From the NCBI GenBank assembly GCA_040285745.1, contig JAUFOR010000004.1, positions 496,001-560,000 on the forward strand: DNA of 64,000 nt, read 5' to 3'. Source of the DNA: Barthelona sp. PCE. Taxonomy: Eukaryota. Below, piece by piece: positions 42,042-50,055 of this stretch. The notes beneath the pieces were generated by a model. It saw nothing but the letters and a program-made list of their open reading frames with translations, had not been told where the DNA came from and searched no databases. The translations under genes were made by a program, and so were the position numbers. Position 1 is the stretch's first letter. Every line of letters begins with the position of its first letter.

Positions 42042-43328
42042 ATGTCAACTCTAGAAATCATGCTGCACTCCGCAGCAAATCTACCTTCAGCAGATATTAC
42101 GGGTTTTTCAGATCCATTCATTTTTTTCAAAATTAATGAAAACACATCAGACAAACAACGTTCTTCCATTGTTTACCAAACACTTGACCCAGTGTGGGAT
42201 GATGAAATCTTTAGGTTTGCACTTCCTGAGGGTTATGCAAAATTGAAAATGTCTGTTTTTGATTTTGACCGCCTTTCCTCTGATGATTTCTTAGGAGATG
42301 CTGGCTTCCAGATCTCTGAACTCTTCCCTCTTGATGGAACACCCGTAAAAATGACTCTTCCGCTCGATAATTGCACTACACCAGGAACTGTTACATTGAC
42401 ACTTACATACACCTCTCGTCTTCGCCACCGCGCCATTGACGACGAGCGCGATGTTGAATTCCTTGTTGACGCGTTCGCTAACGCTACTGAGGACGAAATG
42501 CTCGAATTTGTTCAGGACTTACCAGTGTTGCCCAGTGCAATTTGTCGTCCTGCTGGAAAGGGTTTGTTGGATACTCTTGTCGCTGCGTGCCTCAAATGTG
42601 AAAGCTTTGATCCTCTTGAGCGCTTCGTTAAGGCTGTCGCTGACCACGAGGCAGAACGATGTGCAATGGAAACTGAATTTTTACGTGCAAACACCCTCGG
42701 AATTTTCACATTATCACTGCTACCCATCTACCTTGCACCCAAGTTCTTCCGCATGCTTAAGTGGATGGTTTTCTCTATCCATAAAGCCATTGAAGTTGAT
42801 TTTCTGAGATCTAAGAAGACAGACATTGGAAGAAGATCTATGGATGAAGGCCTGGCTGTTTTCATGGGCATGGTTTGTTCTTCCTCCCACTTATTAGACC
42901 CTAAGTTGCGTAGACTCTTATTCAGACTCCGATTGAGTTTTGCTGCCAAATTCCCTGATGCTAACTTAGATATCCCTTCAATCTCAACACTGTTCCTCCG
43001 TTGCATCTCCCCCGCTTTATTGAGTCCTTTGAGTTATCGTCTTTGCGATTACGTTCCGAAGAAAGAAGTACAGATGGTTGTTATTGAACTAACACGTGAG
43101 CTACAGTCATTCATCAACGGTACAGACAACATATCACCAATGGTTGATAGTTTCAGACCTCAGATTAATAGTCTTTTTGAGTTTGTCAATCGTCCTGTAG
43201 CCGATGAGTTGCTTTTGTTGAACGATCTTCCCGTCCCCAACGCCACTTCCATGAGACATATGTTCCATGTTATCAAACATCACGTGGAAGAGCCTAAAAG
43301 TGGTATAGCTCTCTTATTTCTGAATTAA
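42042..43328 (+). CDS. C2 domain plus RasGAP domain protein
   Basis: C2: AANLPSADITGFSDPF, TLDPVWD, DFDRLSSDDFLG. RasGAP: FLRANT arginine finger, FLRCISPALLSP. Confidence 0.85.
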   Translation: MSTLEIMLHSAANLPSADITGFSDPFIFFKINENTSDKQRSSIVYQTLDPVWDDEIFRFALPEGYAKLKMSVFDFDRLSSDDFLGDAGFQISELFPLDGTPVKMTLPLDNCTTPGTVTLTLTYTSRLRHRAIDDERDVEFLVDAFANATEDEMLEFVQDLPVLPSAICRPAGKGLLDTLVAACLKCESFDPLERFVKAVADHEAERCAMETEFLRANTLGIFTLSLLPIYLAPKFFRMLKWMVFSIHKAIEVDFLRSKKTDIGRRSMDEGLAVFMGMVCSSSHLLDPKLRRLLFRLRLSFAAKFPDANLDIPSISTLFLRCISPALLSPLSYRLCDYVPKKEVQMVVIELTRELQSFINGTDNISPMVDSFRPQINSLFEFVNRPVADELLLLNDLPVPNATSMRHMFHVIKHHVEEPKSGIALLFLN

Positions 43329-43497
43329 TTAATCCTAACATGCTCCGTATAAATAAATAGTCATTTAGCAAGTGCACTTAATTTACATTATCAATTTCAG
43401 TGCACAAATACAAAAAAAAATTCTTGCATTCAATTTTCTGCTTCTTTTCCAACTGAGGGATCTTTTTTGTCGTTTTATTCTTGATCGCAGTATTATA

Positions 43498-44190
43498 ATG
43501 AGAAAGTTCGTTGAATTTAGAGTTTTTGCTATTTTAGTTCTTTTAATTGTTGCTTTAGGATCTTCAAACACGTTTGTTGCCACAGATGGTTCATTTTATG
43601 ATCTTTCAGGCCTCACAAAACACGATATTGTGGGAGAAAAGCAATTACCTTCGGGAGTTGCTACTTACTGGCTTCGTCTTGGTGCAGCCACAAAGCAATG
43701 TCAGACTCAGAATATCCCCAGAGCATCCGTCTGTAAGAGAGATGTATACGGTGTTTTCCACAACGCAGGCAGTTCCAACTCCATCAGTTACAGGAATTAC
43801 ACTCCAATGAATGCTGGTGTCAAGGCAGTAATTATCAACGGAGACAGATGCGCGTCGGGAGCCTCCCGTTCATCAATTGTTTTTTGCAGTTGTAGTGATC
43901 GAACGACGATTTCTGAGGTTACAGAAATGGATTGCTCCTTTGAATTTAGAATGAGCAGTCCTTCTTGTTGTCCAGTTACTTCAGGCCCTGGCGGAATTGG
44001 GTTCTTCGGTGCTCTCTTCTGGTTCTTATTCATTGCTTCTATTATATATTTTGTTGGTGGTTCAATCTACAAATACTTCTCTTTGGGTGCTCGTGGTATT
44101 GAAATCATCCCTAATATCGATTTTTGGAGGAGTATTCCCGAGAGGTTACCTAAAAAGAAAGCTGTAACAGAGAGCTATGATACGTTGTAG
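43498..44190 (+). CDS. Mannose-6-phosphate receptor homology (CD-MPR/ATG27-like) type I membrane protein
   Basis: Signal peptide, YDLSGL, Cys-rich MRH domain, TM helix, GARGIEIIPNIDFW, terminal YDTL sorting motif. Confidence 0.85.
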   Translation: MRKFVEFRVFAILVLLIVALGSSNTFVATDGSFYDLSGLTKHDIVGEKQLPSGVATYWLRLGAATKQCQTQNIPRASVCKRDVYGVFHNAGSSNSISYRNYTPMNAGVKAVIINGDRCASGASRSSIVFCSCSDRTTISEVTEMDCSFEFRMSSPSCCPVTSGPGGIGFFGALFWFLFIASIIYFVGGSIYKYFSLGARGIEIIPNIDFWRSIPERLPKKKAVTESYDTL

Positions 44191-44228
44191 TAAAGATAAT
44201 TAGTGTTTTCATTTTATCACTCTTTACA

Positions 44229-44477
44229 ATGGATTTCGTTGGGCAGAAACTTTGCAAACAGTTATTTACGTGGATTTTGATAATCTTCTCCATCATTGGT
44301 TGGTTCGTTGGGTACTTCTTCCAAAATATGTTTTTCTTTGTCGTTGGTGTCTTGGTTGGTCTTACTGTTGCATGTATTGTATGTGTACCGGACTGGCCAT
44401 ACTTTAACAGACACCCAATTGAGTATGCAAAGGAAGAAAAAGTGAAAACTAACAAGAAAAAGAAAAAGGCCGCATAG
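44229..44477 (+). CDS. SPCS1: Signal peptidase complex subunit 1 (SPC12)
   Basis: MDFVGQKL, two TM helices, VPDWPYFNRHPI. Confidence 0.93.
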   Translation: MDFVGQKLCKQLFTWILIIFSIIGWFVGYFFQNMFFFVVGVLVGLTVACIVCVPDWPYFNRHPIEYAKEEKVKTNKKKKKAA

Positions 44478-44552
44478 TTTATTGTGTTATCTTTTGATCC
44501 CATCACCGACTTGACCCCACGTAGTCGGGTGATTTTAGTTTGTAAACAGTTG

Positions 44553-45026
44553 TTATTGTGTTTCTGAGTATTTCATAATAACATGATCAATACCTGCCTC
44601 GATAAAAACATCACCCTCAGCGACAAATCCCAGCTTTGCATAAAACGGAATGGAGTGTACCTGTGCATGAAGAACAATTTCGGGTCCCAGCTCAACACCT
44701 TCACTGATCAACTTCCCCATCACCCTTAAGCCAAGACCCTCACCTCTTCGAGATTTCTTCACACATATTCGGCCCATGTGCACCACATCGTCGTGCCTAT
44801 ACACTCTTCCTGCGGCAATAGGGGATTGATCATCTAAAATAATTATATGTGTGCTGCAGCTATCGAATTCGTCGTGTTCCATCTCGATGGGCACCTTCTG
44901 CTCGTCAACAAAGACCTCTGTTCGAATACTCATTGCATGCTGAAAGTGAATTGAATCAACACCGGTAAACACTCTGATGTCCAATCCAGACGCTTCTTTC
45001 TCCCCAAAATGTGCTGTGTTGGTCAT
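44553..45026 (-). CDS. GNAT N-acetyltransferase, ElaA/YjcF-like
   Basis: IRTEVFVDEQKVP..EHDEFD, MGRICVKKSRRGEGLG, LHAQ...FYAKLGF...F.EAGIDHVIM. Confidence 0.9.
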   Translation of the reverse strand: MTNTAHFGEKEASGLDIRVFTGVDSIHFQHAMSIRTEVFVDEQKVPIEMEHDEFDSCSTHIIILDDQSPIAAGRVYRHDDVVHMGRICVKKSRRGEGLGLRVMGKLISEGVELGPEIVLHAQVHSIPFYAKLGFVAEGDVFIEAGIDHVIMKYSETQ

Positions 45027-45089
45027 GTCTGTTCACGCCAACTCTTAAGATCCAAGGAAAAGAGGTGCAAAAGTGTATACATCATGTTT

Positions 45090-47537
45090 TTACTCGACTA
45101 TATCCAGACTCGTACTGGTGCTGTACAACTTTGAGTGCCTTTCTAGGACACCCCTAGCTGCTTCCATCGTTCGCCTGTGATAACTCTCATCAGATACTGG
45201 CGTGCTCAACTCAGAAGCAATGCTAGTTGGAGTAGAAAACGCTGTTGATGATGGAGTCTGTGTGGATGGCGTCGATAGCCCATCGTTGACAACTGGCTGG
45301 CCCACTCCCATCATATGTGCCTTCACGAGCTCAGAAGTCTCGAAATTATCAACCTGCTTTTGTACATCATGTAGTAATTCATTTCTTTGGTGTTGTGTAA
45401 ACTCTCTGTCATTTTGCTGCTCCAAAACAGCCTCAATTGTGCGACGCGTTGCGTCCATTGCAGTTTTTTCTCTAATCCCTTGATACCGATCTCTAACAGC
45501 CTCAACGTTGTTATCCAAGCGATCCATGAGTTCTGACTGGAACTCTCGCCTATCCGCGACGTCACGCGCCCGTGCCTTGAATGTCTCCAAAACAGCAAAA
45601 TCCTTGGCCTTCCCACGATCAAGCTGCATAACCTCATTGTAGACCTGTTCACTTGTCTGCTCGAGTTCCGCTTGTGCGTTTCTAATCTCCCCAGCAACGT
45701 CCTGCTTCCAGGAATCTCGTGCCAGTGACTGATTCAGCTCTCCGATCTCGGCTTCGACCTGTTCTCTGTGTAGGTCAGCCTTGCGTCGCTCTGCCTCCAA
45801 AAACTCGTTCAATCGAGACCTACGTGCTGCTAGATCGTCCTCAACTCCGTTCTGAAGCTGATTGAGATCCACACGCATCCTCTTTTGTAACTTTCTCGTA
45901 TTTTCGCGAACACGTTGTGCTTCCTCGACAGCACGCCTGTTGGCCTCAGCCCTGATCTCGTTCGATAACTCTGAGAGCTCGACAGCTCGCGCGTCAAAAG
46001 CATTTTTCGCTTCAATCTTTGCTTCCTGTAGCATAGCCTCTGTTTTCAGCTCCTGTTCGTCGGCAGTTGCATTCAGTGCATCAAGATGTGTGCGCATAGC
46101 TGTCCTGTGTGCCTCATCAAGTTGTCGCCTGCCTTCCTGCTCGGCACGACGTTTCTCATTGGCAACAACATGCCTTTCCCTGTTAGTCTGTGCGATGTTA
46201 CCAGCAATTGTATCTAAACGATCCTTCTGCATGTCTACAAACACCTCGTAATCCTGAAGGTTAGCAGCAATCTCTGCCTTACGCAACGCAGCGTCGCTAA
46301 CTCTATTTTCAAGTGCACGCTCTGTAATCAGTGCGTTCGTCTCGGCATCGGTGCGCATTCTCTCGACGATCTGCTTCTTCTTCTTCAGAAGCTCAGACTG
46401 CATTGCTGCACGCTGCTGATCCTTCAGATGCAGGTTCATGAGAGCCTGCTGCCTGTTTAAGTCCTCTATCTCATCAATTTCTTTCAGACGAGCTTGTTCC
46501 TGAACAAATCTGAGCAAACGTAACTCCTCTTCCTGTTGACCTAAATTATCCAACTCTCTGCGATGCACCTCTGCGTTCACTTTAGCACTGGAAACCATGT
46601 CTTCCAACTCAGCCAACAGTGTCTCTTGCTTTGCCTTTTGCTTCTCATGGCTTACAATTTTCTGCCGTTGATGTACATCATAATCAATGACGTGTGGTGC
46701 AATGCGGATGTCCAAGGAGTACATGTTGTCTGTTTCCAGTGGAGTAAATGTCTGCTCTCGAGGTTGTAAATGTGTGGGGCAATCCTTTAAAATCTGATAC
46801 GCTCTCTTCAAGACCAAGATGGAAGAGACTTTCACATTTCTAGAGAACATTTCATCCATTTCCGCTGTGTTTTGACACTGAACCATCTCTGATTGGAGTT
46901 CCAAACAAACCGCAGCAGCTAAAAAGAAAAGAAAACTGGGACGATTGATGATGATGTGGTCAAACAACTGTAAGAACTCTTTTGAGGGGAACTGTTCGCT
47001 GAAAAGCGTCGATAGCATATTCCATGTGTAGGAAACAGCAGAAATACCACGTGATGTTAGTATTTTCAACAGATTGGGAGAAAAATACCCAATAATTTTA
47101 TCGATTGAGCTCAAAACTCCAACAGGGGGGTGTGGGTATGTTGAGTAGAAGTCAAAACACCAATTCTTAAGGAAAGTGACAAACCCTTCAAAAGTTGCAC
47201 ATCGATTACTCTTGAATAGTTTGACAAAAGGAAATATTAACTTCGCAGTAAGGAGAGTCTGTCCAAGGTCTGCGTTGAAGGCAGTCATTGTTGAGAGTGC
47301 TCGATAAAATCGACGACTTAAGCGATTGGATTGCATCGGGAAACGATGTTCCCATGGTATTTCTTTCGATAACTGGTCTGCCCGCTCCTCAAAAACACTG
47401 AATTCGGTCTCATTTAACGGTAATTCCAATAAATATATGTAAAATGCTGCTCTGTGTTCACTTGGGAAAGTGCCCTGGAAACGCAATAGCTGGCGTGCCG
47501 CTTTGTATTGTGAAAGACTGCTGCGCGCCGGATCCAT
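45090..47537 (-). CDS. TBC1D31: TBC1D31-like Rab-GAP TBC domain plus long coiled coil
   Basis: LLRFQGTFPSEHR...LLELPLN, LIFPFVKLF, NWCFDFYSTYPHPP, WNMLSTLFSE, LFDHII; first plausible ATG at 47537. Confidence 0.75.
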   Translation of the reverse strand: MDPARSSLSQYKAARQLLRFQGTFPSEHRAAFYIYLLELPLNETEFSVFEERADQLSKEIPWEHRFPMQSNRLSRRFYRALSTMTAFNADLGQTLLTAKLIFPFVKLFKSNRCATFEGFVTFLKNWCFDFYSTYPHPPVGVLSSIDKIIGYFSPNLLKILTSRGISAVSYTWNMLSTLFSEQFPSKEFLQLFDHIIINRPSFLFFLAAAVCLELQSEMVQCQNTAEMDEMFSRNVKVSSILVLKRAYQILKDCPTHLQPREQTFTPLETDNMYSLDIRIAPHVIDYDVHQRQKIVSHEKQKAKQETLLAELEDMVSSAKVNAEVHRRELDNLGQQEEELRLLRFVQEQARLKEIDEIEDLNRQQALMNLHLKDQQRAAMQSELLKKKKQIVERMRTDAETNALITERALENRVSDAALRKAEIAANLQDYEVFVDMQKDRLDTIAGNIAQTNRERHVVANEKRRAEQEGRRQLDEAHRTAMRTHLDALNATADEQELKTEAMLQEAKIEAKNAFDARAVELSELSNEIRAEANRRAVEEAQRVRENTRKLQKRMRVDLNQLQNGVEDDLAARRSRLNEFLEAERRKADLHREQVEAEIGELNQSLARDSWKQDVAGEIRNAQAELEQTSEQVYNEVMQLDRGKAKDFAVLETFKARARDVADRREFQSELMDRLDNNVEAVRDRYQGIREKTAMDATRRTIEAVLEQQNDREFTQHQRNELLHDVQKQVDNFETSELVKAHMMGVGQPVVNDGLSTPSTQTPSSTAFSTPTSIASELSTPVSDESYHRRTMEAARGVLERHSKLYSTSTSLDIVE

Positions 47538-47824
47538 TGTGAATAAAAAGTGATGAAATGGTCTGAAAAACGCAAAACACAAAACAATCATTAATGGATG
47601 TTTAAGTATCGTTCATGAGTACACTAATACAAAGACATTGGTTGCGCTCCACAAAAAAGTGCCTTACCTTTGAAAAAATCCACAACCAATTAAAGTCCAC
47701 AAGAAATCAATTCATCCATTATTAGTTGTTCTTAAGTGGTGACATATGGTAAGATATGCCGATACCGATGTGCAAATGATGTAAAACATTTTGCACCTCT
47801 TTTCACATTGCTCAAGGAAATTTT

Positions 47825-48205
47825 ATGAGTGTCAAGTCAAAGAATCTTGTTGCAGCACATGCGTCGATCAACCGCGCGGCAGAGTCAGCAATCAAAACTG
47901 TAATGGGCTTTAGTTCATACTTTCACAACGTTCTTCCTCAAAGTTCTAAAACCAGTCTGATGAAACATTGTAGGATGTCAGGGAGCTTCGATCGATCTCT
48001 TAAGAACATCTCAGATACCACAGAACATATACATAAGCATGCAAAAGCATGTCAGTTGAAAAACGATACATTACCTTTTCAAACAACGTTGAGGTATTTG
48101 CAATCGGTCCATCAATCAATTAAATTTCTGACAAACACACAATCTACTTCTGAAGTCTCGTCTGAAGAGAACTCACCCGAGGAAAAGGTCGAGTTAGAAA
48201 GTTAG
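47825..48205 (+). CDS. Small helical protein, possibly BORCS7-like
   Basis: 126-aa ORF; VLPQSSKTSLMKHCRMSGSFDRSLKNISDT loosely parallels BORCS7 VLKGSRSSELLGQAARNMVLQEDAILHSEDS. Confidence 0.5.
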   Translation: MSVKSKNLVAAHASINRAAESAIKTVMGFSSYFHNVLPQSSKTSLMKHCRMSGSFDRSLKNISDTTEHIHKHAKACQLKNDTLPFQTTLRYLQSVHQSIKFLTNTQSTSEVSSEENSPEEKVELES

Positions 48206-48316
48206 ACGATTTTGATATTGTTTTTCATAAGCAAAATTTCAGATGTGACGTACCCACCGTGTACGGAGATGCTGAATCAAGTAAAAAAGTTTTTTTATTC
48301 TATTATGTATGCAAAA

Positions 48317-49252
48317 TCATTCTGTATCTGTATCTGTGTCCGAGTCAAAGCCCTGGAATGCGTTTGTTAACTGCATTTTCTTCTCAAATCCTTCAAAATC
48401 GCCCAATTTGTGTTTCCGATCATTTAACGCAGACTCGTTCTCTGTAACAGTCGTGCACATATACTCATCAAACGTGTTAAAGAAGAGTGCGTCCTCTATA
48501 TCATCGTACAGCGTTCTGAACCGCTCTGCCGTCCGTACTACAGTAACATTATCTCCGAGTAATGCGTCCAAACCTGGCTCAAACACTTCCTTCAGCCGCA
48601 CGCTCACGCCCTTTAGTCTCTCCACAACAATTTTCCGCTCTGAGTCGGCCATCTCCTCTGCATACAAGGACAAGATGTTAAGATCGTCTCGAATCCGTCG
48701 CTCAATACCGTCTGGTATACGATGCGCTGCTGCGTTGTACTTGCGCAGAAGCGCCTTCCTCCGAAGAGGAATTGACTGTATGTTCATGTCTTCAGTCGGG
48801 AATTGAACATTGGTCTGCAGCAACGCAAAATATGCATTACGGATGGACACATCACGAAACGCACTCCTGAGTTGCTGGATCATACGGAGGCAATCTGTAT
48901 ATACGTCTCTGGAAGGCATATGTCTCTGCAAATCCAAAAGCTTTCTTACAAACGGGTTCAGATCACGAAAAAACGTGTTCCTGAAGTGTTCCCAATGTGT
49001 GACGAAATCATTGAGTATGATGACACACATACGTCGCCGTTTGACACTATTTTTTGTAACCTTTCTTGCAAAAATTGTAGAAATCATCAATTCATGAAGT
49101 AAATCTATATACATGTCCGTTGCTGTTGTGGCATAGCTGTCTATCTCTTGATAAAAGAGTGCCCTCTGCTCAATAAACTCCTTGTTTGACTTACTGCGAA
49201 GAGTTGCCCTAAAAGCAGACACTATGGTCTTGGGAATCATTGTGCTGGTCAT
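48317..49252 (-). CDS. VHS/ENTH-like helical protein resembling the UVSSA N-terminus
   Basis: RRMCVIILNDFVTHWEHFRNTFFRDLNPFVRKLL parallels UVSSA [34 protein letters not shown]; also AYFALLQTNVQFP. Confidence 0.55.
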   Translation of the reverse strand: MTSTMIPKTIVSAFRATLRSKSNKEFIEQRALFYQEIDSYATTATDMYIDLLHELMISTIFARKVTKNSVKRRRMCVIILNDFVTHWEHFRNTFFRDLNPFVRKLLDLQRHMPSRDVYTDCLRMIQQLRSAFRDVSIRNAYFALLQTNVQFPTEDMNIQSIPLRRKALLRKYNAAAHRIPDGIERRIRDDLNILSLYAEEMADSERKIVVERLKGVSVRLKEVFEPGLDALLGDNVTVVRTAERFRTLYDDIEDALFFNTFDEYMCTTVTENESALNDRKHKLGDFEGFEKKMQLTNAFQGFDSDTDTDTE

Positions 49253-49445
49253 ATTAACTCCATAGACCGCTTGTCATTACTGGAAAGAGATAGAAACAGA
49301 AATACATTTTGCCAGAAAGCGAACTATCCGTTGCAACTGCTTTTGGTTTATTCTAATCTAACTAGAACCTTATTTATGCACGGTTGATGATCGCACTCAT
49401 ATCAAGAGCTCTTCAAATTTGCTTTACGTTATACTATCCATTTCA

Positions 49446-49783
49446 ATGAACTACACTACCCCTGAGGCGAAGAAGGAAGAGTTTAGACGCTATCTTGAAA
49501 GTGGCGGCGTTGTCGATTTGGTCACAAAGGGTATTCAAACATTTTTGGAGCATTTTTGAATCCAAAACCTTCAATTTAAGAGCTCTAACATTTAGCACTC
49601 GTTGCACTTTATGAGGAGCCCGATAAGCCCCTTAACCCCATCGACTTTGTGCGAGAATACTTCACAGGAACAAGCTCCACTGATGTTTCTGATTTGCAAG
49701 AGGAGAACGACAGATTAAAGTCCAGAGTCAAAGACCTTTTGGATGAGAACGAGCAGCTGAAGTCTCAGTTAACCACTATGTAA
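49446..49783 (+). CDS. MYCBP: c-Myc binding protein (MYCBP/AMY-1) homologue, spliced (exons 49446-49530 and 49596-49783), 90 aa
   Basis: Spliced product MNYTTPEAKKEEFRRYLESGGVVDLVTK|ALVALYEEPDKPLNPIDFVREYF...; absent from the ORF track. Confidence 0.93.
49531..49595 (+). other. 65-nt phase-1 spliceosomal intron
   Basis: GTATTC...TCTAACATTTAG; removal restores the conserved TK-ALVALYEEP. Confidence 0.92.
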
Positions 49784-50055
49784 TATTTTAGCAGAAAGCG
49801 TCACATGCACAATAAATTGATCAGTTTCTAATTTTTTATGCAACTTCAAAGTGCTGAAGTACAATTTTAAAGGAACATAACGACAACAAAACTGCGCAAC
49901 AACTTTTTTCATCACATACTCAAAAAAAGTATTATAGTTTGATTAATCAGGAATTTTTATGGCCATATAGCATTTATATACTAATGTAAACCAGCACACA
50001 CTAATAAAAGAGCTACACATCCTGTTTTACTTTATATTCTTCCTTTATCCTTTAA

